Source: Microbacterium pygmaeum (GTDB lineage: Bacteria; Actinomycetota; Actinomycetes; Actinomycetales; Microbacteriaceae). From it: a stretch of 24,000 nt of DNA. Of the stretch, positions 5,998 through 14,924 are shown one piece after another. Position numbers and translations under genes: made by a program. How positions within the stretch are numbered: position 1 is the first letter of the stretch; every line of letters starts with the position of its first letter. Below the pieces are notes generated by a model. It ran no database searches. It saw only the letters and a list, made by a program, of their open reading frames with translations, and had not been told where the DNA came from. The stretch is from positions 1,809,966 to 1,833,965 of the forward strand of contig NZ_LT629692.1 of assembly GCF_900100885.1 (NCBI RefSeq), written 5' to 3'.

Positions 5998-7711
5998 CAT
6001 CGAGAAGCTCGGTTTCGACGTAGCGGCGATCGCCGCACTAGCGCGGGGCGATAAGCGATACTCCAACTGGCCCGTAGTGTACGTGTTGGACGGCCGGGCA
6101 CAGACTTCGGTCTACGTCGGCGAGACCGTTAACACAGTCGCCCGCATGCGCCAGCACCTGGCTTCGCCGTCGAAGTCAGGGCTGAGCACGATCCGCGTCG
6201 TCGTCGATGACACCTTCAATAAATCCGCGTGCCTCGACCTCGAGTCGCACCTCATTCGCTGGCTCGCAGGCGACGGTCGATTCACGGTTCTTAATGGCAA
6301 CGAGGGCATCATCGACGCTGAGTACTACGACCGCGCCCTCTACAGAGAATCGTTCCGCGACATCTTCGAGCAACTGCGCGCGGAGGGTGTCTTCGGGCGC
6401 AGCATCCCCGAGATCGAGAACGGCGACCTGTTCAAGCTGTCGCCGTTCAAGGCGCTGACGCCCGATCAGGCGATCGCTGTCGAGGACATCCTCGAGGGCT
6501 TGTTCGTCGATCTTGCCGCCGGTACGGGGTCGACGGCCGTCATCCAAGGGCAGCCGGGTACAGGCAAGACCATCATCGGGATCTTTCTGCTGAAGCTTCT
6601 GGCGGACATTCGCGACTACGACGACTTGGACGATGTTCAGCCTGACTCGATCTTCTCGGAGCTATTCGTGCCCGAGCACCGAGCGCTGCTCGACGGCTTC
6701 CGCATGGGTCTGGTTGTGCCGCAACAATCGCTGCGCGAGTCGATCCGGCGAGTCTTCAAGAAGACACCAAAGTTGCATCCGGGGATGGTCCTATCGCCCT
6801 GGGACGTCGGGCTCGGCGGTGGAGACTATGACCTCCTCGTCGTTGATGAGACTCACCGGCTGAACCGACGTGCCAATCAGTCCTCCGGGATGCGCAACCT
6901 CGACTACCAGCGCATCAACGAGAAGCTCTTCGGCGCAGATGACTATGCGAAGACTCAGCTCGACTGGATCAAGGCCAAGAGCCGCCACCAGCTGTTGCTC
7001 GTCGACCGTGAGCAGAGTGTCCGCCCCGCCGACCTCCCGGACGCCATCCTCCGCGGAGAGCTGGAGGTCGCCCGTGCAGCGGGGCGTCGCTATCCACTAA
7101 CGACGCAGATGCGCGTCCGCGCCGGCACTGACTATGTCGACTTCATTCGTCGCCTCCTCCGTGGCGAAGCGGAAGAGGGGGCTCGCCCCGACTTCGGCGA
7201 GTACGATCTCCGCTTTTTCGACGACGTCGGCGCCATGCGCCGCGCGATCTTTGCTCAGGATGCGTCCCGCGGTCTCGCCAGACTTGTCGCGGGCTACGCG
7301 TGGGACTGGGTGAGCAAGAAAGATGTCGACGCATCCGACATCGTGCTAGACGATGTCTCGATGCGATGGAACAGCAAGGACACCGATTGGATCAACTCAC
7401 CGGGGTCGCTTCACGAAGTCGGCTCCATCCACACCGTGCAGGGCTACGACCTCAACTACGCGGGCGTGATCATTGGTCCCGACCTGCGCTACGACCCGAC
7501 CTCGGACCAGCTCTTCGTCGACCGTGATTCGTATCGTGACAAAAAGGGCAGCGAGAACAATCCGCGCTTGGGTATCACTTTCACCGACGAGGAACTACTG
7601 CAGTACATCCGCAACATCTATGGGGTGCTACTGACGCGCGGGATGCTCGGGACATTCGTCTACGTCTGCGACCCAGCGCTCCGCGAGTATGTGCGATCTC
7701 GGTTCGCCTGA
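5984..7711 (+). CDS. GIY-YIG nuclease-like domain fused to a DUF2075-type P-loop NTPase (SF1-helicase-like, Schlafen-C-terminal-like)
   Basis: I trimmed the track ORF (5870) to the ATG at 5984, which overlaps the MazG-like stop by 14 nt. The N-terminus VYVLDGRAQTSVYVGETVNTVARMRQH...LESHLIRWL...LNGNEG fits the GIY-(x10)-YIG, Arg, Glu, Asn order. Walker A is GQPGTGKT and Walker B is LLVVDETHRL. C-terminal SF1-like blocks are HTVQGYDLNYAGVIIG and VLLTRGMLGTFVYV. Confidence 0.8.
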   Translation: MTPFSIEKLGFDVAAIAALARGDKRYSNWPVVYVLDGRAQTSVYVGETVNTVARMRQHLASPSKSGLSTIRVVVDDTFNKSACLDLESHLIRWLAGDGRFTVLNGNEGIIDAEYYDRALYRESFRDIFEQLRAEGVFGRSIPEIENGDLFKLSPFKALTPDQAIAVEDILEGLFVDLAAGTGSTAVIQGQPGTGKTIIGIFLLKLLADIRDYDDLDDVQPDSIFSELFVPEHRALLDGFRMGLVVPQQSLRESIRRVFKKTPKLHPGMVLSPWDVGLGGGDYDLLVVDETHRLNRRANQSSGMRNLDYQRINEKLFGADDYAKTQLDWIKAKSRHQLLLVDREQSVRPADLPDAILRGELEVARAAGRRYPLTTQMRVRAGTDYVDFIRRLLRGEAEEGARPDFGEYDLRFFDDVGAMRRAIFAQDASRGLARLVAGYAWDWVSKKDVDASDIVLDDVSMRWNSKDTDWINSPGSLHEVGSIHTVQGYDLNYAGVIIGPDLRYDPTSDQLFVDRDSYRDKKGSENNPRLGITFTDEELLQYIRNIYGVLLTRGMLGTFVYVCDPALREYVRSRFA

Positions 7712-7742
7712 GGCTGGAACCAACGCGCGTGTGCTCGGTCGG

Positions 7743-9314
7743 TCAGCCGACCACGACGCGTTGCACATCTTCGAGCGTCACCTCGCGTCCGACGCTCAGA
7801 AGCGCGAGGAGCATTTCGGCATCAACCCGTCCGTCCTGCGCATGCTGAATCAATGCAATCCATGCTGTGATGCCGACAGCGGACCCTGGGACGCCCGTTT
7901 CATCAACGATCTTTCGTAGACGGGGATTGATGCTTGCGCCGAAGCTGGAGGAGATAAAGACCCACGCTTTAAGCTTCGGCGACTTCTGAGCGTAGGCGGC
8001 CACATACTCCTTCATCGCTCTCTCGTCGCTTGCAGGGAGGGTGTATCCGTTCCCGTGCGCCTTCGTGTCGACGATGATTCGCCAAGAGTTGTTGTTGTCG
8101 ACTACCACGTCGGGTTCCCTCCCAGCGCCTCCAACGTGCCGGGCATCAAGTTCGAACACGCGCTTGAAGACATCTGTCGTCGCAAGCTCGAAGTCCCGCG
8201 CGCGCTCGCGACTCGAGCGAGCCATCTCCGCGTAGCCGAGAAGGAACTGATCCAGCGTGCGAGATCGGTCCGGCATCACGCGGCCCAGTGCCGCGCTGAC
8301 GGACGCCGGACTAAAGCCGGTGGATGCCGACACGCGCTCCAAGAATTCGGCAGGAGGGACCGCGACAATCATCTCGGTGCGGGCAATGCCAAGGACAACC
8401 GTCTGAACACGTAGGTCGATCGCTTCTTCCCGAGAAAGCGCTCGCGACCCCGACAGATTTCTGGTGTCCTTCGATCTTCCGGGGGGCAAGCCGTAGCGAC
8501 GCTGGAATTTCTCTTCATTCTGCGGGTCAGGGATGAGGGCCGCCCCGCCGTGTTGCTCAATCAATTCCTGAGCGAGCGTCTCGCGTCCAGGAGTGATCCA
8601 GATTTGGTCGTCCTGCCGCTCGACGAGGTTGGTATGCTGCATCCAGTTCATCGCCGTGTTCGCAATGTCGGCGAGTGCTTCGCGCAGCCGGTCAGGTCTT
8701 CCTCGATTGGAGCAGAAGCGCGTTGAGAAGTCCGGCTCAAGACTCGAATCGCCGTCTTCGCGATATTGCAGGATGGCCTCGACGACCTTGTCCCGACCTG
8801 CAACGGTGTGCCGGTCACCGAGGGTGATCACTCGCAGAGCAATCTCTTCCTGGGCTAGGTAGCCAACGCGATCGTCAAGGAGTAGTCGAAGTAGCAGAAC
8901 CATCGGCCTTAGCTGGAACCGTCGGTCGACATCGACATTTCGGCCGACGGAGTAGGGCGACGGGAACTGATACTTCAGGACCTGATTTCCGAGAATCGGC
9001 GCCGGCGGCTCTCCGTCGGCGAGCGCTTCACCAGCCAGCGTCAAATACATCCGCTCGTCCGCTTCGCGCTCGAATGCAAGTCCCAAGCTGCGCAGAAGGC
9101 TCGCGTGCGTGCGGCCGCCCGACCCTCCAGCGTCTCGCCTGTCACCCTGGCGCTTGATGGACTCACGTTCAAGGACCTCTTCGAATGCGATGTGCAACTC
9201 TCTTGATCCCGACCATGGCCGACCGTAAGCCACCTCTCGAAGCGCAGCGACTGACTGCGGCACGCGGTAAAGCTTGCGTTGTGGTCGCGTGAAGAACCAA
9301 TACGGCAGAGTCAC
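7743..9314 (-). CDS. Type IIS-like restriction endonuclease with a FokI-type cleavage domain
   Basis: 523-aa ORF with a GTG start. The C-terminal block FELATTDVFKRVFELDARHVGGAGREPDVVVDNNNSWRIIVDTKAHGNGYTLPASDERAMKEYV aligns residue by residue with the FokI catalytic domain as I recall it (..GGSRKPDGAIY..GVIVDTKAYSGGYNLPIGQADEMQRYV). This includes the D...D-x-K catalytic residues. The N-terminal ~350 aa (LPYWFFTRPQRKL...) is presumably the recognition module. The gene lies 93 bp downstream of an m5C methyltransferase on the same strand. Confidence 0.85.
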   Translation of the reverse strand: MTLPYWFFTRPQRKLYRVPQSVAALREVAYGRPWSGSRELHIAFEEVLERESIKRQGDRRDAGGSGGRTHASLLRSLGLAFEREADERMYLTLAGEALADGEPPAPILGNQVLKYQFPSPYSVGRNVDVDRRFQLRPMVLLLRLLLDDRVGYLAQEEIALRVITLGDRHTVAGRDKVVEAILQYREDGDSSLEPDFSTRFCSNRGRPDRLREALADIANTAMNWMQHTNLVERQDDQIWITPGRETLAQELIEQHGGAALIPDPQNEEKFQRRYGLPPGRSKDTRNLSGSRALSREEAIDLRVQTVVLGIARTEMIVAVPPAEFLERVSASTGFSPASVSAALGRVMPDRSRTLDQFLLGYAEMARSSRERARDFELATTDVFKRVFELDARHVGGAGREPDVVVDNNNSWRIIVDTKAHGNGYTLPASDERAMKEYVAAYAQKSPKLKAWVFISSSFGASINPRLRKIVDETGVPGSAVGITAWIALIQHAQDGRVDAEMLLALLSVGREVTLEDVQRVVVG

Positions 9315-9407
9315 CGGGCCAGACTATGGCCTGCCTGTCGACGGCTACCCTCATATGGCGCGACACGCAGAAGCCGATGTTTCAGAGGTGACGGGGAGCC
9401 CGTCCGG

Positions 9408-10565
9408 CTAGCTCGCCTCCGCAACCATCTCTCGGAGGTCGGCGACGCGTCGGGGAGGCACTCGGTGATGAAGGTTCGGCTCGAGGCCGACGTAATCGAT
9501 GCCGGCGAATGATTTTAGAACTGCCTCGAAGACGATCCGAGCCCCTTCCACCGGCACCGCCATACCGATCTGCTTCCGGACGCTCTCCTTGCCTCCCTTG
9601 AACTCGAAACGATCCGGGAAGGTCTGGATGCGGGCCCGCTCACGGTTGGTCAGGGCGCGGTCCTCGGACCAGTGGTAGACGTGGGTCCCACCACCGCCGG
9701 AGCCGGTGATCGTGTAACACGGCTTATCTGCTTCCAGTCGCTTGTAAATCTGGCTGATCCGCGCGCCCGCAACGTTGAGTCGAAGGTCTGCAGGGAGATC
9801 CGCGGTGAACGCGTTTTGGCCCGGTTTGATGTGCTGCAGGCGGCGCACGACGTCCTCACTCTGCTTGGTGAGCTCTTGGTTGGCCGCCCAACCCGGGATC
9901 TCGCTCAGGGCAAGCCGAACGGAGTTGTCACGGTCAGCAAACATCGCTGGCGATGGCACCCTGAACTCCACGTCCAGGTCATCTCGGATTCCCACGATGA
10001 GGATCCGGTGCCTGCGCTGAGGAATTCCGTACTCTTCAAACTTGTAGAGGTGAGGATATAGGCGGTAGCCGGTCCAGGGAGCTGGACGGCCCTCGCTGTC
10101 AGTTTCGCCTCCCGCGTGCTGGAGCCTATCGAGGATCATCTCGAATGCGGTGCCATCGTTGGAGTTCCGAAGTCCTCCCACGTTTTCGGCTACGAACCAC
10201 TTTGGCGAGTAGGTGTCAATGACGCGAGCGCCGTACTCGTAGAGGGGTCCGAACTCCCCAGCGATCCCCTTACGCTCGCCGACGTTTGAGAAGTCGTTGC
10301 AGGGGAATCCGAAAGCGAGGCCATCGATCGGCGACAGCTGCCCGGCGATGTCGAGCTTCCTGACATCCTCATGAATCACCCGAGCGCCGGGGAAGTTGTG
10401 CTTATAGGTATCGCACGTGTCGCGGTCGTAGTCGGTGGCCCATGCATGCGCGATGCGGTACCCCTCCACGGAACCGGCGGCCTGTCGTGCGCCCTCGGCG
10501 ATGCCGCCGGGCCCACTGAACAGTTCGCCCAGTCTGAATACTTCAGTGCGATCGCTGACTGACAC
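9408..10565 (-). CDS. DNA (cytosine-5)-methyltransferase
   Basis: 385-aa ORF with a GTG start preceded by GAGAGG. The m5C MTase motifs appear in order: I FSGPGG, IV GFPCNDFS, VI AENVGG, VIII QRRHRILIVG, IX NRERARIQTFPD, X GMAVPV. Confidence 0.93.
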   Translation of the reverse strand: MSVSDRTEVFRLGELFSGPGGIAEGARQAAGSVEGYRIAHAWATDYDRDTCDTYKHNFPGARVIHEDVRKLDIAGQLSPIDGLAFGFPCNDFSNVGERKGIAGEFGPLYEYGARVIDTYSPKWFVAENVGGLRNSNDGTAFEMILDRLQHAGGETDSEGRPAPWTGYRLYPHLYKFEEYGIPQRRHRILIVGIRDDLDVEFRVPSPAMFADRDNSVRLALSEIPGWAANQELTKQSEDVVRRLQHIKPGQNAFTADLPADLRLNVAGARISQIYKRLEADKPCYTITGSGGGGTHVYHWSEDRALTNRERARIQTFPDRFEFKGGKESVRKQIGMAVPVEGARIVFEAVLKSFAGIDYVGLEPNLHHRVPPRRVADLREMVAEAS

Positions 10566-10693
10566 TCACGGACCTCTCGTTGGATACTTGGGATCAGGCT
10601 AGGCAAGCTTCTCCCAAGGGTCCGACACCGTGGCGGCGTGTTGCTGAACTTTCCCGCTAGTAGTCGGATCTATATTCGAATGGTTCGATCGAC

Positions 10694-11155
10694 ATGAGCT
10701 CAGCGCAACCCGCTTCATGGGCCAGTAGCGAGACGGCACGCCGGACCATGCTTGCCAATCGCTCGAAGAACACACAACCCGAGTTGGCCGTCCGGAAAAT
10801 CCTTCATGCCGGCGGTCTTCGGTACCGCGTGAATATGCGCCCGATACCGCTTCTGAGGCGCACCGCCGACGTCGTGTTCACCCGAGCACGAGTCGCTGTC
10901 TTCATCGATGGATGCTTCTGGCACAGCTGCCCTGAGCACTCCTCCCGGCCGAAGTCGAACAGCGACTACTGGGGGCCCAAGCTTCGTGGCAACGTGGAGC
11001 GAGACCGACAGACAGATCGCGCGCTCGAGTCAGCGGGGTGGCTTGTGTTGCGCTTCTGGGAGCACGAATCCGAGGTCGAGGTCGCCGAGGCGATCGCGCT
11101 GGCTGTGCGGGCCCAACACTCCTCGTCGTTGGATGCCTCGGGTGTCAAAGATTGA
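10694..11155 (+). CDS. vsr: Very short patch repair endonuclease (T/G mismatch-specific)
   Basis: 153-aa ORF. The sequence NRSKNTQPELAVRKILHAGGLRYRVN...PDVVF...VAVFIDGCFWHSCPEH...NSDYWGPKLRGNVERDRQTDRALESAGWLVLRFWEHE is the canonical Vsr motif set. The gene is divergent from the m5C MTase. Confidence 0.92.
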   Translation: MSSAQPASWASSETARRTMLANRSKNTQPELAVRKILHAGGLRYRVNMRPIPLLRRTADVVFTRARVAVFIDGCFWHSCPEHSSRPKSNSDYWGPKLRGNVERDRQTDRALESAGWLVLRFWEHESEVEVAEAIALAVRAQHSSSLDASGVKD

Positions 11156-11903
11156 GATTTTCGCGGAAGCTTTCCTCGACAATCTGAAAGAGCTCTGCCT
11201 CCGGAAGCGTGCCCAGCGCGCGGCGACCGGCGAGGTAGTCGAGATCCTCGAGGAACGAACGCACCCCCACTCGGTCGTAGGGAGTTTCCTGGTTCACCAG
11301 GTAGTTGGTGAGCACGCTGAGGAGCGCTCGGGCGAGAGCCGGGACCGTCGCGAGGCTGGGTCGGCCGAGCACCTGAACTGACAGATCGCTGTTCGAGAAG
11401 AACGCCTGCAGGGCGGGATTCAGGTCGCTCGGATCGGCAAATCGGCGAACATACGAACCGCTCCACCAGAGCCGGGCAATGGCGTGATCCCGCTCTCGCC
11501 GCCTGTCCGTGCTCGCAAACACGTGATTGATGACGTGATTGCCGAGCGCGTCATCGCTAGCCGGCCAACGATCCCGCGTGTAGTTGCGAAAGTAGCCGAG
11601 TGCCAGCGTCACCCAGAGGCGCTCGTCGACCGCGTCAGCCGGGGTGAGGTTGGGCAGAACGCGAAGAATAAGTCGAGCGTTCGCCGCGTCCAAGTCACCT
11701 TGCCGGGTGTCTCCGTCGGACAGCTGGAGCCCGCAGTTACCGTCAACCTCGTATTCCGACTCAATGAATCGCAGGTCGAGGGTCTTGACTAGTGCGTCCA
11801 AATCGTTGTTCCAAACTTCAGCCGCCTGGGACCCGGCCGCCATCACTCGCAGCGTGTCAACGGAATCGGCGGTGAGAATGCGCAACTGTTGCATCTCAGA
11901 CAT
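11145..11903 (-). CDS. Hypothetical protein, fourth and last gene of the GHKL-ATPase operon
   Basis: 252-aa ORF. Its ATG overlaps the upstream stop by 8 nt (ATGTCTGA). Codon bias is good and the protein is mostly helical and Trp/Arg-rich (ERLWVTLALGYFRNYTRDRW, IARLWWSGSYVRRF). I recognise no catalytic motif. Confidence 0.75.
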   Translation of the reverse strand: MSEMQQLRILTADSVDTLRVMAAGSQAAEVWNNDLDALVKTLDLRFIESEYEVDGNCGLQLSDGDTRQGDLDAANARLILRVLPNLTPADAVDERLWVTLALGYFRNYTRDRWPASDDALGNHVINHVFASTDRRRERDHAIARLWWSGSYVRRFADPSDLNPALQAFFSNSDLSVQVLGRPSLATVPALARALLSVLTNYLVNQETPYDRVGVRSFLEDLDYLAGRRALGTLPEAELFQIVEESFRENLNL

Positions 11904-12738
11904 CTGCGACCTCGACCTTCTTGATTCCTTTCGCGCTCACGAGAAGCTGTGCGGAGATCTCCTGATACTCAGGGTCGTCCGGATCGAGCGCGCGCCCAAG
12001 GTCTTCCAGGCGACTCATCAAAGTACGGCCCCACGGCAACTCCGTGTTCTCGCCGTCCTCCTCACGTGCGAGGTAGTTCAGCGCGCCGGCGATGCAGTCC
12101 TTATAGACGCTCATGAACAGGTACGGCCGCGTGGACCGATCGGCGCGCATGTGCCCGATGGCATCGCGGAGACTCTCGCCGGCGATGATGATGATGCGCG
12201 GGCCGTCGTACTGGAAGCGATAGATGTCCGTGTCCGACTCTTCGGTCGAGTACTTGATCGTCACCAGGTCGCGGTCGAGTGTTCGGGAGAACTCCAGGTC
12301 GACGGTGACCGATTCGCCGACGCCGAGGATGTCGCCTTCACGAACACCGAACACAGATGTCCCGAACTCTTCATTGATTCCATCGGGCCGATATGTCTGG
12401 TTCGAGGAGCTGGCAATGATGAGCGGCGTGAGCGTGGTGCTGCCGTACAGCTGGCCATCGTCGAACACGAGCTGACCCTTCCACCCGTCCAGGTCGACAT
12501 ACTCTCTGAAGAGAGTCGATCGGCACTGAACGTCCATCACAATGCGCGCATTGCCGTCGAGGAAGTATTCGTCCATCCACGCCACCGACTGAGTGATGTC
12601 GTATGTGACGACGAGCTGCTGCGATGTGTCTCCGCCCATCTCAGCTTCAATTGCGGCGTGAAATTTGGCATCGCTTCCGAAGTCGTCGCTGAACGAGGAG
12701 AGGACTGGGTACGGGTATGCCTTGGCTCGATAGCTCAC
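11896..12738 (-). CDS. Hypothetical protein, third gene of the GHKL-ATPase operon
   Basis: 280-aa ORF with a GTG start in a GTGA overlap with the ATPase stop. The N-terminus is SYRAKAYPYPVLSSFSDDF. It has an acidic, beta-rich middle and a helical C-terminus. I recognise no motif. Confidence 0.75.
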   Translation of the reverse strand: MSYRAKAYPYPVLSSFSDDFGSDAKFHAAIEAEMGGDTSQQLVVTYDITQSVAWMDEYFLDGNARIVMDVQCRSTLFREYVDLDGWKGQLVFDDGQLYGSTTLTPLIIASSSNQTYRPDGINEEFGTSVFGVREGDILGVGESVTVDLEFSRTLDRDLVTIKYSTEESDTDIYRFQYDGPRIIIIAGESLRDAIGHMRADRSTRPYLFMSVYKDCIAGALNYLAREEDGENTELPWGRTLMSRLEDLGRALDPDDPEYQEISAQLLVSAKGIKKVEVADV

Positions 12739-14660
12739 GGTTCGAGTCGCCCTTCAATCGCATAGTCGAGGTCTGCTGGGTGGAAGACGAGGCGGAGATG
12801 CTTGCGCGCGGTGGCGCTTAGCTCTGTGAATTCGAGTGAAGTGCGCCACGCTGAGCCCGCGGCCACTTCCTCCTCGGTCCGGAACTCCAGACGCTCAGTC
12901 TCCGAGTCGCCCGAGCGGAGCAGGACGAGAGTCTTTCGCGTCCCGTCCACCGGCGTGAAGGCGACATCGGCTACACCTGATCCTGGTGCCGTCCGAACGA
13001 CGCGAAGGTTTCGAACGGGGAGGCCGGTCCGAAGCGCGCTCTTCGCGGAACCCGAGCCATCGCCGGGGAAGGTTCCACCCTTCGACTTGTGCTTTCCTGG
13101 GCCGCCGTTGGATCCGCGGCCGGACGTGTCCGCATCGCCGGTGAGTTCGGTCTGCCTGTTCTCTCGATGTGAGCGAGCCTTCTTGAAGGCGATCCGCAGG
13201 GTTCGGTTCGGCTCGCCCTTCTCGTTGTCAACGCCAGCGCCTAGATCGCCCCGGAACCAATCGTCCAAGTCGTCGACGGACACCTCTTCTTCAATCTGGA
13301 TAGAAGCATGCTCTCGCAGGAGGCTCCGCACGCTCGATTGGAACTTGTAGTAGGCGGCTTCCGCGGACTTTCTCTCCGTCATGTCGCTGATTCGATCAAA
13401 CGCGAACTCCGTGTGCTCTGGGTTCTCGAGCTTTCGCAGAAGCTCCGAGCCCTGGTCTCCTGACACGCAGACAAACAGGTCGAACGGCTTCAGACCCGGA
13501 AAGCGCTGCAGCTTCTCTGCTGCTCGTGTGATCAGCATCCCGTTGCCGCGGGCGACGCCCACGTGACGCCCGACAACTCCATCAAGGCGGAGATACCAGT
13601 TGATCGTTCCGAAGTCCTCCAGTTGGAGTGTTCCGGAAAGATCCTTCTTGCGCACGGTTCGCGCGGATTCGAGTCGCTCGACGACCTTGTCTGTCGGCTT
13701 GAGTATGTTGATCAAGTCCGTTTCGACCACATCGTCGAATGCCTGGGCAACGCTGTCGGCGTCGATGCGTTCGTGCTCGCCCAGATGGACCACCAACTTA
13801 TTCGTAAGCACGGCGAAGTAGAAGTTTGCGACGACTGCGAGCTTGACTTCCGCCCACAGCAACTCTTCTTCCTCTACCCCATACGGCTCTGGAATGTACA
13901 CCGACGTGCCAACGCTCAACGCATCCCGGTCGAGCTCTGGTCGCGCCTGAATCGCCCATCGTGGCACCTCGCCGTCTGTGAGGGGGAGGCACTTCGTCCG
14001 AATGCCGAAGTACCCGGTGGCGACGCACCACTCGGGGGCACCGGTCACTTCGGTAAGGGGGACAGATTGAAGGATGCTCTTCCCTTGGAACCTCGTCTCG
14101 AGCGAACCCTCGTGCTCGATGCGGGAAAGGTAGAAAAGGGTGCGGAGCTCTGACATGGCGAATGGCGCCCGCGACCCATGCCCGAAGGAACCTAGGGCGG
14201 AGCTACTCTCCTTGAAGGTCATGCCAGCCCCCTTCACCAGGGCAAGCCATGGCCCTGATTGCGGATTCTCCGGCGGATCAAAGGTGGGCCCGGTCAGCCC
14301 TCTCGTGTTGTAGTCGTGGACCCCTAGGAACGTGACGTGGCCGTCAGCGACCTGATCGATCGCTCGCTGGTAGAAGCTCTTGCCGGCCTGAGTGTGTTCC
14401 AGCTTGTGCGCTGCCTTGAAGTAGCGAGCGAGCTCATCGAATCCCGTGTCGTCGAGGTCGGACGTCGTGTCGAGCGTGAATCGCACAATGACTGGGTCAC
14501 TGGTCTTGTCCTGCGCGTCGAGCGAGTTCTGGATCATCTCGCGTACGAGTGCTTGAAGGCGCTCGCTCTTGAACATGTCGATTGCCGACACGTTGAATCC
14601 CTCTCGAGTCCCGTCGTTTAGGAACGGAAACTTCCAACCCACATCACTTGTCATGCTCAC
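12735..14660 (-). CDS. GHKL (Bergerat-fold, HATPase_c / MORC-, sacsin- or Hsp90-like) ATPase with a long uncharacterised C-terminal region
   Basis: 641-aa ORF. The N-box is LVREMIQNSLDA, the G1 box is GVHDYNTRGLTG, and the G2 box is LGSFGHGSRAPF, all within the first ~170 aa and in the canonical order. Next come ~330 aa I cannot assign and a low-complexity linker (TGDADTSGRGSNGGPGKHKSKGGTFPGDGSGSAKS). The protein ends in a ~100-aa beta-rich C-terminal domain. Confidence 0.85.
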   Translation of the reverse strand: MSMTSDVGWKFPFLNDGTREGFNVSAIDMFKSERLQALVREMIQNSLDAQDKTSDPVIVRFTLDTTSDLDDTGFDELARYFKAAHKLEHTQAGKSFYQRAIDQVADGHVTFLGVHDYNTRGLTGPTFDPPENPQSGPWLALVKGAGMTFKESSSALGSFGHGSRAPFAMSELRTLFYLSRIEHEGSLETRFQGKSILQSVPLTEVTGAPEWCVATGYFGIRTKCLPLTDGEVPRWAIQARPELDRDALSVGTSVYIPEPYGVEEEELLWAEVKLAVVANFYFAVLTNKLVVHLGEHERIDADSVAQAFDDVVETDLINILKPTDKVVERLESARTVRKKDLSGTLQLEDFGTINWYLRLDGVVGRHVGVARGNGMLITRAAEKLQRFPGLKPFDLFVCVSGDQGSELLRKLENPEHTEFAFDRISDMTERKSAEAAYYKFQSSVRSLLREHASIQIEEEVSVDDLDDWFRGDLGAGVDNEKGEPNRTLRIAFKKARSHRENRQTELTGDADTSGRGSNGGPGKHKSKGGTFPGDGSGSAKSALRTGLPVRNLRVVRTAPGSGVADVAFTPVDGTRKTLVLLRSGDSETERLEFRTEEEVAAGSAWRTSLEFTELSATARKHLRLVFHPADLDYAIEGRLEP

Positions 14661-14681
14661 CCATTCGTGGTCTGTCTTCTT

Positions 14682-14924
14682 CTAGTCCGTCAATCGAAAG
14701 GACCGGTCGCGTCCCGATGAAGCATCGGCGAACCTTGCCTTCACCGCTCGCACTTCGTTCTCCAACGCCCTGATGATTTTGCTGACCTCGGCGTCGGTGA
14801 ACTCGTAATTTGAGCGGTTTGACAGATTGCCAATCAGGCGGATCGCACTCAGTGCCTTATCCGTTCGCGCCTCAGCGAGGGAGATGAATCGCTCGCGACG
14901 GTCTCTCACGAGAATTCCAAACAT
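14682..14924 (-). CDS. Small helical hypothetical protein, first gene of the GHKL-ATPase operon (possible regulator or adaptor)
   Basis: 80 aa from the ATG at 14924: MFGILVRDRRERFISLAEARTDKALSAIRLIGNLSNRSNYEFTDAEVSKIIRALENEVRAVKARF... The track ORF starts at an upstream GTG at 14942, so the start is ambiguous. The gene ends 21 nt before the ATPase start on the same strand. Confidence 0.55.
   Translation of the reverse strand: MFGILVRDRRERFISLAEARTDKALSAIRLIGNLSNRSNYEFTDAEVSKIIRALENEVRAVKARFADASSGRDRSFRLTD

Noticed and set aside
11644-12765. 373-aa plus-strand ORF opposite the GHKL-operon genes
   Set aside because: It is antisense to two well-behaved, translationally coupled minus-strand genes. 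It has no motif and a poor composition rich in Arg/Val/Asp. The same reasoning applies to 12802..13350 + and 13563..14153 +.
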